Below, piece by piece: positions 1 to 8,774 of a stretch of DNA of 64,000 nt. Under the pieces are notes generated by a model. That model worked only from the letters and a program-made list of their open reading frames with translations, was not told where the DNA came from and did no database searches. A program made the position numbers and the translations under genes. The DNA comes from an uncultured Candidatus Saccharibacteria bacterium. GTDB taxonomy: Bacteria; Patescibacteriota; Minisyncoccia; Phycocordibacterales; UBA918. The stretch covers positions 326,648 to 390,647 of the forward strand of contig CAYGJY010000001.1 of assembly GCA_964350645.1 (NCBI GenBank). Direction: 5' to 3'. Position 1 is the stretch's first letter, and every line of letters begins with the position of its first letter.

Positions 1-724
1 GACCTTCAAATCCACCAGTAAATTGTTCTTGATTTTCTGCATAGATATTCTTGAAAAGATCAGTAAAGCCGCCCTCTTTATAGCCTGGTACAGTGAAGCG
101 TGTTCCTGCTACTTTATTATATTGTTCTCCCGTTCCATCTGAGAAAACATCAGCTTGAATTTGACCCGGAACTTGCTGCCCGCCACTTATGCCGGCTGCA
201 GGTACAACAGCCGATTCGGTAATTCGGTAAATTAATCCATCTGGTGACTCAAAGCGGGTATTTTTTATTAAGCGTTCAGCACTGTCAGAATTATTGTAGA
301 TAGTAATTCGTCCAATTGCCTGATCACTCACCTCGTCTTGGCCAGTTGCTGTAACTTGACGTTCACCTTCAGCCTCAAGGGTCATGATTTCATAGGTAAG
401 TTCTCCCGCAGTCGGTGTGCGGTAGGCAGTAAAGGACGCGTTCACATTTGGTTCTCGATTGCGAGGATAAATGGTGAGGTCTGCCCCACCCAAGAGTATA
501 CTAGTGATAAATCCAACACCAAAAATAGCAAAGAAAAGTGCGAAAGCTATAACGTATCGTGATCTATTTTTAGCCCGGCCATCCCGCACTCCGATGCGAA
601 CAGTGCCGTCGTCTTCAGCAGTTACTTCATGTTCACGAGAGCGAACCATGTCTGGTGGGGGTTGGGTACGTCTTTTTCTTGGCTGTGACGGTTTAATGTC
701 TTGAAGATTCCACTTTTTATCCAT
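1..724 (-). CDS. Hypothetical membrane-anchored protein, partial (5' complete, 3' end beyond window start)
   Basis: My own translation of the minus strand from ATG at 722-724 stays open to position 1 (>240 codons, MDKKWNLQDIKPSQPRKRRTQPPPDMVRSREHEV...). A transmembrane-like helix YVIAFALFFAIFGVGFITSILLGG lies about 60 aa in. It is absent from the ORF track because no stop lies inside the window. The plus-strand ORFs 338..562 and 471..704 are antisense to it. Confidence 0.55.
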   Translation of the reverse strand, partial: MDKKWNLQDIKPSQPRKRRTQPPPDMVRSREHEVTAEDDGTVRIGVRDGRAKNRSRYVIAFALFFAIFGVGFITSILLGGADLTIYPRNREPNVNASFTAYRTPTAGELTYEIMTLEAEGERQVTATGQDEVSDQAIGRITIYNNSDSAERLIKNTRFESPDGLIYRITESAVVPAAGISGGQQVPGQIQADVFSDGTGEQYNKVAGTRFTVPGYKEGGFTDLFKNIYAENQEQFTGGFEG

Positions 725-741
725 AGTATCAAGTATACAGT

Positions 742-1953
742 TTACAGCTGCTCAAAGGTAGCGCAGTTCTCCGGATTGTGGAAAAAGTGCGCTGATAGCA
801 GTATGGCCGTGTCGTTGAGCTGATGATCCGGCAGTAACTTACTGGTAATGAGGTGGATACCATGTTCAGCTTTGGTAGCTTTGTGAGCAGCCTGCTTAAC
901 AATGTCTGAAAAGAAAGTCTCACATCTATCATCGGTATGAATAAACAACGGCCGAGGAATCGCTAGTTGATCACCCGTACGTTTAAACAAGGTGGCTATT
1001 TCTTCGATAAATGCATCTATCACTACCTGGAGTTCAGATTTTTTAGCTTCAGAGAGAGTTTCTACAAAGGTTGTGTTTCCACGTATAAACCCCAGAGCTT
1101 CTTCATGAGGGATATCACAGAGCGCTGCTATGTCTCTAGCTAGGGTATATATGCCAGATGGTGTATGTGTTGTGTAACGAAGTACGCCATCGCGGACGAT
1201 ACCAATTTCTGTTGCTTCAGAGGTGATATCGATCAGACAAACTTCGGTTGTGTCCGGGCGCATTTTTTGTAAAACGCAATAGAAAATGAGCATGAACGTG
1301 TAGCGCTCAAGTATTACGCTTGGTAATACTTTTTCTTTAGATTCCCTGATTGCATCAAGCAATTTTTTTTGTGAGATACCGCTAACGTGTGTGACGCTCA
1401 GCTTCTCTGCAGTTTGCCCGTAGACGCTACCGACGTTGTAGTCGTTAGCTGAGACATGGATAGTTGCACGAGTAATAAGTTCTAAACCCAATTTTTTTAT
1501 AAGATCATCTTCATCAATCAAGTCAATTGCTTGCTTTTGAGCTGTCTCGATGAGTTCTGTTACAAGACGCTTGGTAATTTCAAATGGCTCATCTTTGTGG
1601 TACGAGACAGATTTTGTGACGGTGTATGACCAGGGTGCAGAAATAGCTATTTGCATAGTCGCAACTTTAGCGTGTGAATCGTGTTGTTTAAGAGACTGAA
1701 TTCCTTCGCTGCCAAGTATCAGCATACAATTGACAAGTGTGGTAGTAATATTTTTAGAGCTATCTGTCGCAGCACTGTCTTTCTTTAGGATCATCCGTTC
1801 ACGATGTGTCCAAATTATTTCAGGACTATTTTCAAGTGGGTCTGAGGCTACAATAGCTAAACCAACGCTGCCTGAACCAATGTCAACAACTACACCATAG
1901 CGTCCATCTGGACCGTGCTTACCTAGACCGAACATATGTCTTAAGTATAGCAA
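742..1953 (-). CDS. Actin-like ATPase fold protein (FtsA/PilM/Ppx-GppA superfamily)
   Basis: The N-terminal phosphate-1 motif GVVVDIGSGSVGLAIV and a later LIDITSEATEIGIV ... DIAALCDIPHEEALGFIR block are typical of the ASKHA/actin-like fold. The real start is probably at the internal MFGLGKHG. Exact family is not resolved. Confidence 0.4.
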   Translation of the reverse strand: MLYLRHMFGLGKHGPDGRYGVVVDIGSGSVGLAIVASDPLENSPEIIWTHRERMILKKDSAATDSSKNITTTLVNCMLILGSEGIQSLKQHDSHAKVATMQIAISAPWSYTVTKSVSYHKDEPFEITKRLVTELIETAQKQAIDLIDEDDLIKKLGLELITRATIHVSANDYNVGSVYGQTAEKLSVTHVSGISQKKLLDAIRESKEKVLPSVILERYTFMLIFYCVLQKMRPDTTEVCLIDITSEATEIGIVRDGVLRYTTHTPSGIYTLARDIAALCDIPHEEALGFIRGNTTFVETLSEAKKSELQVVIDAFIEEIATLFKRTGDQLAIPRPLFIHTDDRCETFFSDIVKQAAHKATKAEHGIHLITSKLLPDHQLNDTAILLSAHFFHNPENCATFEQL

Positions 1954-1998
1954 GAGCGCGGCCTTCGGCCGCGCTCGACTATCCCCTGTTCTCTAAGT

Positions 1999-3936
1999 CT
2001 ACTCTAAGATTGCCTTGATGCGACGGACGCCAGCGGAAGATGATTCTTCTTTTTTGATTTTGAACGTGCCTTCAATTGATTCTAAAGTGTCAACGTGTGG
2101 ACCACCACACAGTTCTCGTGAAAAAATAGTGCCATCATGACCGGTCATGGTGTATACCTTTACTTCGTCCGGATATCGATCCCAGAAACTGGCTTCGATT
2201 GTTGCGTCGGCTTGAGCCACATCTTTAGGCATAATTTCAGTACTCACGGTACCGCCAGTTTTGATGGCGTTATTTACCCATTCTTCTATCTTATCTAAGC
2301 TCTCTCGCTCAACTTTTTCTCCATGAGTGAAGTCAAATCGTAAACGTTCCCCAGTGATGTTTGATCCAGCTTGATGGACGTGGTCGCCAAGGAAATGGCG
2401 CAAGGCGGCAAGCATTAAGTGGGTTGCGGTGTGGTATTGAACAACTTTGTCTGACTGATCAGCTAGTCCACCCTTAAATTTCTGTTCTGCACCAGCTCTA
2501 GATTTCTCTCGATGTTCTTCCATAAGTTTGGCAAAACCTTTTAGGTCAACCACTAAGCCTTTTTCTGTAGCAATTTCTTCAGTAAGCTCAATTGGAAAAC
2601 CGTAAGTAGTGAAGAGTTCGAATGCGTTTTGGGCGCTAATCGCCTTAACTTTAGTGGGCTCTTTTGCTGTATCAGGAACTCTAGCTCCGTCAACTTCTTT
2701 ACTAGCAAGATGTATCTGAACGTCGATTTTATTAAATTGCTTGAGTCCCTTTTCAAGTGTTTTACGAAATTGCTCTTCTTCGGCTGCAATAGCAGCTTTG
2801 ATGTCGTCGGCTTTTTCTCCCAAGGCGCCATAATGGTGTTTATAGGTATCAATGACACTTTGAGACAAGCTTTTGAACTCGCCTGGTGCTACTCCGAGGG
2901 TATCTGCGTAGCGGACTGCACGTCTAAGAAGTCGTCGAACAAAATAACCTTGTTCGGTATTACTTGGGAGTACGCCATCGCCAATCATGAAGACAGCTCC
3001 ACGAATGTGGTCAGTGACTACTCGAAAGGCTTCTTGGTCATCTTCATATTTTTTATCAGCCAAGGTTTGTAGTTGTTCTACTACTGTCCACAAAAGATCA
3101 ACTTTAAACATGTCGGGAGAATCAATTGCTGCCGCAGCAATGCGCTCTAATCCCCCACCGAAGTCAACATTTTGAGCCGGAAGTGGTTCAAAACCGTTTT
3201 CAGTTTTGAGGTATTCCATAAATACGGAGTTACCAATCTCCATGAAGCGACCGCAGTCACAGTTCGGATGACAGTGCTCGCCCCACTTTGGATCGTGTTC
3301 AATTTGAGTAAATTCATAAAAGACTTCGCTGTCTCCTCCACCAATTTCTCCAATTGGCATATTTTCTGGCTTGCCTGCTCGACTCCACCAGTTTTTAGAG
3401 CCGTCGTAATAGAAAATTCTTTCCCCTTTTTTCATTCCTCGAGTGTAGCCATCTGCTTCAGAACCGATTTCAGCTACTTCTTTTGAAACATTGCGTTCAG
3501 TGAAAAGTCGTTGCCAAATCTCAACCGCTTCGGTGTCTTTTGGTACACCAGCAGAATCATCGCCCATGAAGGCTGTGACGTAGAGACGTTCTGGATCGAG
3601 ACCAACTTCGTCAACCAGAAAGCTGTAAAACCAAGGTAGTTGCTCTTGCTTAAAGTAGTCTCCGAGTGACCAGTTACCAAGCATTTCAAAGAACGTCGTA
3701 TGACGATTGTCACCTACTTCTTCAATATCCTCTGCTCGAAAGCATTTCTGTGAGTCAGTGATACGGGTGCCTTTAGGATGCTTTTCCCCCATAAGATACG
3801 GCACAAGGGGTTGCATACCACTACCAGTAAACAGAGTGGTTGGATCATTTTCAGGCACTAGTGCTGACGAGGGCACGATGGCGTGACCATTTTTTGCCAT
3901 GAAAGCAAGATATTTTTCACGAATTTGATTACCTGA
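1999..3936 (-). CDS. alaS: Alanine--tRNA ligase (short form lacking C-terminal domain)
   Basis: The class II catalytic core (IVPSSALVPENDPTTLFTGSGMQPLVPYLMG, CFRAEDIEEVGDNRHTTFFEMLGNWSLGDY) and the editing-domain HxxxH motif (HTATHLMLAALRHF, GGPHV) are both present. The ORF-track start at 3987 is a TTG. A GTG at about 3936 gives an N-terminus MSGNQIREKYL that aligns with the canonical AlaRS N-terminus. Confidence 0.9.
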   Translation of the reverse strand, partial: SGNQIREKYLAFMAKNGHAIVPSSALVPENDPTTLFTGSGMQPLVPYLMGEKHPKGTRITDSQKCFRAEDIEEVGDNRHTTFFEMLGNWSLGDYFKQEQLPWFYSFLVDEVGLDPERLYVTAFMGDDSAGVPKDTEAVEIWQRLFTERNVSKEVAEIGSEADGYTRGMKKGERIFYYDGSKNWWSRAGKPENMPIGEIGGGDSEVFYEFTQIEHDPKWGEHCHPNCDCGRFMEIGNSVFMEYLKTENGFEPLPAQNVDFGGGLERIAAAAIDSPDMFKVDLLWTVVEQLQTLADKKYEDDQEAFRVVTDHIRGAVFMIGDGVLPSNTEQGYFVRRLLRRAVRYADTLGVAPGEFKSLSQSVIDTYKHHYGALGEKADDIKAAIAAEEEQFRKTLEKGLKQFNKIDVQIHLASKEVDGARVPDTAKEPTKVKAISAQNAFELFTTYGFPIELTEEIATEKGLVVDLKGFAKLMEEHREKSRAGAEQKFKGGLADQSDKVVQYHTATHLMLAALRHFLGDHVHQAGSNITGERLRFDFTHGEKVERESLDKIEEWVNNAIKTGGTVSTEIMPKDVAQADATIEASFWDRYPDEVKVYTMTGHDGTIFSRELCGGPHVDTLESIEGTFKIKKEESSSAGVRRIKAILE

Positions 3937-3988
3937 CACAGTTAAAATGTTAGACCAACAATGGCTTAAAATATAGCATAGATGCAAT

Positions 3989-4264
3989 TTATTGCGAGAG
4001 AGCCGTCATGACGTTTGCAAAGCACGTGTCTCCTGAACAATCGGAAAAGGGTGTGAACCCATAGAAATAGATTTCTAGAGTGTATCCAAAAACTATTAAT
4101 ACAATACCTGCTAGTGTCAGTACTCGCTCAACTTTGAATGATTTCAACACCTTTTTATCAATACGATGTTCGTGCGCAATTTCGCTGTGAGCAATAATGA
4201 CGCCAGCTGCCAGCAAGATTTTTCCAATAACACTAACTGTTAATCCCCAAAATAATAGAATCAT
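3989..4264 (-). CDS. Small hypothetical membrane protein
   Basis: A 91-aa ORF with two hydrophobic helices, whose stop lies 1 nt before the alaS start region. No recognisable motif. Confidence 0.4.
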   Translation of the reverse strand: MILLFWGLTVSVIGKILLAAGVIIAHSEIAHEHRIDKKVLKSFKVERVLTLAGIVLIVFGYTLEIYFYGFTPFSDCSGDTCFANVMTALSQ

Positions 4265-4282
4265 ATTATGTCAATATTATAG

Positions 4283-6118
4283 TTATTTTTTCTGGTTCAC
4301 CAAGTTCGAAAATGTATAAACGTCGTTTTCAAGTTGTTTAAGACCTGCTTCGAAAGAGCTAATCTTGTTAGTTTGAATTCCAATAGCTTTGAAGATATTA
4401 GCAACTGTGTCTGATTTCCCGGCACACAAGAAGGAATCTATTTGTTCGATATAATTTGGATCTTGGTAGTACTTCTCTGCCATAACATTGCTCATCAAAA
4501 TCCCAAAGGTGTAGGTGTAGACATAAAAACCATACCGAATATGTGACCAATACACATAACTATACCCGTCTTCCGGGCTTACTGTTACTCCCTCACCAAC
4601 ATAGGCTTTAAGGTGTTTTTGCATGAGATCACGCATTTCGATTCGCGTTAGACTACCTTCGGTCCGGATTCGGTTATGTAATTCGAGTTCATAATTGAAG
4701 CAGGCAATCTGACGCTGAATTGTTGCAATATTTTGAGCCACACGTTCATGTAGTAACACAATTTTTTGACTGGCATTTGCCTGTTCATAGAATTTTTTAA
4801 ATACGAAGTTTTCGAATAATGTACTAGCTGTTTCAGCGGTTGTGATTGAGTGGCCTTGATACAAAGGTGACTGAGTCTTACTGCGTTCACCATGGATTGC
4901 ATGACCCATCTCGTGCGCGAGGGTCTGTAATGAGCGGATATCATTAGTGTGGTTGAGAAAGACTTTAGTTGGCAAGTTCACAGAGTCAGACATGAAAGCA
5001 CCACCACGTTTCCCTTTACGGGGATACACATCAATCTGACCATTAACAAGCATGTTGTCAAAAATCTGACCGTATTCGGTCTTGAGACCATAAAACACAT
5101 CACGACAAATGTCGACAGCTTGGTCAAAAGTAATTACTGGAGTTTCCCCAATAGAATCGTACTTTTGCGAGTAGTCGAGAGTTGGTACGCCATGAAAAGT
5201 CGCTTTTGCTTTATAGAACTTTCGACTGAGTGCAAAACCTTTTGTACTTACAGCTGCTACGAGTGCTTCAATGCTTTTTTGGTCATCTTCGTAGGAAAGA
5301 ACGGTCTCACTGTATGGTAATGAGAAATGACGTAATTCATCTTCAGTTTTCTTGGTGGTAATAACCGCGTTGAGCTCGTGTTCTGCTACCTCGCTGATTT
5401 GCTCTAGTTCAGATAAAACTAATCGCCAGAAAGTAGGCTTTTCTTTTGAAGGTAAGCTGTTGAGTCGTTCTAGAGCTTCATTGATTGGGATTGATTCTTT
5501 TTTGTAGACGATACTTCGATTACTAATAATTTTCTCAGTGGCAGCAACCCACATGCCACTGGCTGGACCTGCTGTCAGATTGAGAATCCGTTCTTCTGCT
5601 TCAGATAGGTTGTGTTTAGCTTCCAGAAAGACTCTAGACAGATAGTAATGAAAGGGTTGTAAAGTAGTGTCGTTCAATAATTTTTTCTGGTCAGCCTTTG
5701 AAATTTTGCCCAGTTCAAGTTCAAAAAACAATAGTTCGTTGCCAGCCTTTGTGAGGCGTTCTGAAATCAAAGCTAGCTGCTTCTCGGCAACGTCGTCGTT
5801 GGCGTTGACCGCATGACGGAATCCAAAATACCTCCCTGGTTTACTAGTCTCAGGCATTGCTGCAAGCCTAGTAAGATCAACAAGAGCTTTGGTTAGTGTT
5901 TTGGTTGAGGTAGCGAAATCACTTCCACGGTAGCGTTTGGCAAAGTGTTTGTAAGCAGTAATGGTTTTCTTTAGATCAGCTTCGATTTGTGGGTCTTTGT
6001 CATTTTTGTAATATAAGGCTTTAAAATCCCATTCCGTTTTGATCTTACCAAGTTTTGGTAAGGTTGATGTCGGTTCGTACTTAAAAGGCTTCCCGGTCTT
6101 CTTTGGTTTTTTTGACAT
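4283..6118 (-). CDS. pepF: Oligoendopeptidase F, M3B family metallopeptidase
   Basis: A 611-aa protein with the zinc-binding HEMGHAIHGE (HEXXH) motif in M3-family context and an overall PepF-like length and layout. Confidence 0.8.
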   Translation of the reverse strand: MSKKPKKTGKPFKYEPTSTLPKLGKIKTEWDFKALYYKNDKDPQIEADLKKTITAYKHFAKRYRGSDFATSTKTLTKALVDLTRLAAMPETSKPGRYFGFRHAVNANDDVAEKQLALISERLTKAGNELLFFELELGKISKADQKKLLNDTTLQPFHYYLSRVFLEAKHNLSEAEERILNLTAGPASGMWVAATEKIISNRSIVYKKESIPINEALERLNSLPSKEKPTFWRLVLSELEQISEVAEHELNAVITTKKTEDELRHFSLPYSETVLSYEDDQKSIEALVAAVSTKGFALSRKFYKAKATFHGVPTLDYSQKYDSIGETPVITFDQAVDICRDVFYGLKTEYGQIFDNMLVNGQIDVYPRKGKRGGAFMSDSVNLPTKVFLNHTNDIRSLQTLAHEMGHAIHGERSKTQSPLYQGHSITTAETASTLFENFVFKKFYEQANASQKIVLLHERVAQNIATIQRQIACFNYELELHNRIRTEGSLTRIEMRDLMQKHLKAYVGEGVTVSPEDGYSYVYWSHIRYGFYVYTYTFGILMSNVMAEKYYQDPNYIEQIDSFLCAGKSDTVANIFKAIGIQTNKISSFEAGLKQLENDVYTFSNLVNQKK

Positions 6119-6683
6119 CTAAAATAAAGTTTTTATATTCGGTATAAACATGGTTGAACTCATGAATAATATCATTTTTAAGGCGTGAGTTGAGGACATT
6201 ACTGATGTCTTGATACATCAGGAGACGATCATCAAGGGTTCCTTTAAATTCCTGCATAAAGCGTGAATGGTCATCGAAGTATTCCTCCACGATCGTACGC
6301 ATATTATGGATTTTATCAGCAGCAGAAATTATAAGAGCCGGATCTGAGGCTTTTTTAAGTTTCTTGGCATAGTGTTTTTTTTGTTCTAACCACGAATGTT
6401 TTTTAGTGTCGGTATCTTGCGGTTCTGACAAATCAACAATGATATCGCGCACGTCGCCACCAAAATCTTCGACGAGTTCATCCTCAGTATAATCAGTGTC
6501 TTCTAGTGTGTCATGAAGCAGGGACGCTATTAGTGTGTCCTCGTCGTCAGAGTAATCGCGGACAATCATCATAACGGCCATCAGATGGGTAATGTATGGC
6601 AATGGCACCGAACCTTTACGAAGCTGATTCTTGTGCAAAATTGCCGCAGCACGAATGGCTTGTTCGATTCGGTAGGTGTACAT
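6081..6683 (-). CDS. Stand-alone RelA/SpoT-type HD domain hydrolase (small alarmone hydrolase-like)
   Basis: IEQAIRAAAILHKNQLRKGSVPLPYITHLMAVMMIV...LLHDTLEDT matches the SpoT/RelA HD hydrolase domain motifs, and there is no synthetase domain. 200 aa. Confidence 0.7.
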   Translation of the reverse strand: MYTYRIEQAIRAAAILHKNQLRKGSVPLPYITHLMAVMMIVRDYSDDEDTLIASLLHDTLEDTDYTEDELVEDFGGDVRDIIVDLSEPQDTDTKKHSWLEQKKHYAKKLKKASDPALIISAADKIHNMRTIVEEYFDDHSRFMQEFKGTLDDRLLMYQDISNVLNSRLKNDIIHEFNHVYTEYKNFILDVKKTKEDREAF

Positions 6684-6684
6684 C

Positions 6685-7062
6685 TTAGTTTCTTGCTTTT
6701 CTAATAGCTTTAATTAACTGCTCCGCTGGAGCTTCAAGTGCTGCAATAATAGCTTTATTTGTGTCAACTTCACGACGCGCTTTATCTGCGGCAACTACAA
6801 TACTCTTAGTATCGTCATACTCTCGTTGCAGCTGGTTCTTTATACGGCTATCTTCTTCATTTTTAATTTGGACTTCGAGATCCTTTTGCTCTTTTATGAG
6901 CTGTGGCAACTCTTTGGCTAAATCTCTATCAGCATCGGCTTTTTTAACAAATGCTTCAACTCCAGCTATTAATTCAAGAAGAGCTGTGCTGCGCGCAGTT
7001 TGGCCACCTGATCTATTTATTACTTCAATTGCTTTTCTGGCTGCATCTTTCGCTGTAGACAT
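6685..7062 (-). CDS. Hypothetical coiled-coil protein
   Basis: A 125-aa charged, heptad-rich sequence with no motif. It sits in a tight operon, with 1-3 nt gaps to both neighbours. Confidence 0.4.
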   Translation of the reverse strand: MSTAKDAARKAIEVINRSGGQTARSTALLELIAGVEAFVKKADADRDLAKELPQLIKEQKDLEVQIKNEEDSRIKNQLQREYDDTKSIVVAADKARREVDTNKAIIAALEAPAEQLIKAIRKARN

Positions 7063-7064
7063 AT

Positions 7065-7325
7065 TTAATTCAATTTAACTCCTTCTTGCAATAATAGCGC
7101 ACGTTTCTTTTCTATACCACCGCGGTTATAGCCACCTAAGGTGCCATCTGTACGGATTACCCGATGGCATGGTATCTCAGGAGCGTAGTTTGCTGCCATG
7201 ATGTTGGCCACTGCGCGAGCGGCTTGTGGGTTGCCAGCCTTCTCGGCTACTTGTTTGTAGGTTAGCACCTCACCCTTAGGTATGTTTCTAACAATGTCTC
7301 TGACTTTGTCGGCAAAAGTCTCCAT
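7065..7325 (-). CDS. Methylated-DNA--protein-cysteine methyltransferase family protein (C-terminal DNA-binding/active-site domain only)
   Basis: IPCHRVIRTDGTLGGYNRGG contains the PCHR active-site signature of the MGMT/Ogt C-terminal domain. At 86 aa it lacks the N-terminal domain. Confidence 0.7.
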   Translation of the reverse strand: METFADKVRDIVRNIPKGEVLTYKQVAEKAGNPQAARAVANIMAANYAPEIPCHRVIRTDGTLGGYNRGGIEKKRALLLQEGVKLN

Positions 7326-7328
7326 ATA

Positions 7329-8111
7329 CTATTTTTTTGTGTTATGAATAGCAAGAAGTTTTTTACCACAGGCTTCACGGTATGGACAAAATTCACAGGC
7401 AGAGCCAGTTTCAGGAAACATATCTGAATTAAGACAGGCTTTTATACTTTTTAGTGTCTCAGGTATCCAGTCGAGTTCAGCGGTAACCGGCACGAGGGTG
7501 GTTTCAAAAACAAGTTTGTCATCAAAAGCATCGACTGCTTTGTCGGCGTTAGCATAGACTAAGTAGCCAAGTTCTTCGGTCTCAAAACCATTCGCTTCTA
7601 ATAGCCAGCGATACACCCCAAGTTGACGCTTATATTGAGCTTCCCAGGGGCTGTCACCTAGTGCTTCGATTGTGCCTTCCTTTGAAGTAGACTTATAATC
7701 AACCACTATAAGCGAACCTGTTGGTGTCACCCAGATATCATCGATTGCACCGCTGACTACAAGGCCAGTTTCAGAATCGGTAGTTTCGATGCCTTCAAAA
7801 TTTTCGCGCCACGTGTCCATGTTTTTATGAGCAAAAGGAACCGCGTTGATCTTGTATTTTTCCATTATAGGATGCGGGGTAGCGGCTGTACGATGAACAT
7901 CGAATTCCTTTTTAAACAATTCATCAACAGCAATGTTGAGATTAAACGATGGAAAACCAGGACGTTTAGTACCAAGTTTATTGTCAATATAAAAGCACCG
8001 CGGGCACTCCATAAAGAAATCAATTTTTGAACGTGAAAGACGCCATTTTGCGCCACCGTAATTCCATTCTGAACTGCGATTTGGATTGTATTTGTATGTG
8101 TATTCTGCCAT
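7329..8111 (-). CDS. Cas4-like PD-(D/E)XK nuclease with 4-Cys (Fe-S) cluster
   Basis: An N-terminal CPRC cysteine and a C-terminal CEFCPYREAC (CxxCx5C) give the Cas4/DUF83 cysteine arrangement. The core nuclease motif is IVVDYKS (D...EXK-like). 260 aa. Confidence 0.65.
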   Translation of the reverse strand: MAEYTYKYNPNRSSEWNYGGAKWRLSRSKIDFFMECPRCFYIDNKLGTKRPGFPSFNLNIAVDELFKKEFDVHRTAATPHPIMEKYKINAVPFAHKNMDTWRENFEGIETTDSETGLVVSGAIDDIWVTPTGSLIVVDYKSTSKEGTIEALGDSPWEAQYKRQLGVYRWLLEANGFETEELGYLVYANADKAVDAFDDKLVFETTLVPVTAELDWIPETLKSIKACLNSDMFPETGSACEFCPYREACGKKLLAIHNTKK

Positions 8112-8130
8112 TGACTTAGTATACCAGACA

Positions 8131-8160
8131 CAAAAAAAGCCGGTTGTGCCGGCTTTTTTT
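8131..8160. terminator. Rho-independent terminator (bidirectional-looking)
   Basis: aaaaaaAGCCGGttgtgCCGGCTttttttt is a GC stem flanked by an A-run and a T-run. It lies just downstream of the stop of the 8176..8718 minus gene. Confidence 0.6.
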
Positions 8161-8175
8161 GTGTCTGTGTAAAGA

Positions 8176-8718
8176 CTACTTGGCTACAAAAGTTTCAACT
8201 GCCCCACTTACTTGGACATCTTCAGCTAGGTTGAAAACGCGATCACCATTTTCGCTGTAGAATACAACAGCGTAGGTATTTCCGGGTTCTGTTGCTCGTT
8301 GTAGAACGATTGATTGCGGCACAAGACCTTGTTCTTGACTGTATCGAACAACTCCGAGCAGACCAGCAAGCTGGCCATCAGCGTAGTCACGAACTCCGAT
8401 CCAGCCCTCATCTGATGGGAACGTAGCCCCAGCGAGTGATACTTCAAGACCAGCATCTTGATCCATGACTGAAGCGTCGCCGTCGCCTACAGGAAGCTCT
8501 GCAACTGGAGTGCTAGGAACAGCTGTGTCTGAGTCACTATCTTCTGAATCAGTACCACCTTCCATCATTTCACTTTCTTCAACTGAATCGTCATGATCCA
8601 TATGTTCTTTTGCTTCCGGTGAACCACTAAATACCCATACGAGCAAACCTCCAATAAGGAGACCGGCAATAAATGCTACGACGGTCTTCTGGCTTTCTTG
8701 CTTTTCTTGTTCTGACAT
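8176..8718 (-). CDS. Hypothetical membrane-anchored protein with highly acidic linker
   Basis: An N-terminal transmembrane helix (VVAFIAGLLIGGLLVWVF) is followed by a D/E/S-rich low-complexity stretch and a C-terminal globular domain. No motif. Confidence 0.45.
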   Translation of the reverse strand: MSEQEKQESQKTVVAFIAGLLIGGLLVWVFSGSPEAKEHMDHDDSVEESEMMEGGTDSEDSDSDTAVPSTPVAELPVGDGDASVMDQDAGLEVSLAGATFPSDEGWIGVRDYADGQLAGLLGVVRYSQEQGLVPQSIVLQRATEPGNTYAVVFYSENGDRVFNLAEDVQVSGAVETFVAK

Positions 8719-8774
8719 ATTGAAATCTGAATATTATTCGCTAAATTGCTTTTATAGCGCGATTATAGCAGGTT

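Noticed and set aside
338-704. Plus-strand ORFs 338..562 and 471..704
   Set aside because: They are antisense to a long uninterrupted minus-strand frame with protein-like composition and a transmembrane helix. The plus-strand products are low-complexity.
2553-3713. Several 60-150 aa ORFs on both strands inside alaS
   Set aside because: They lie wholly within the strongly supported AlaRS frame and have Leu/Ser/Phe-rich junk composition typical of off-frame translation.
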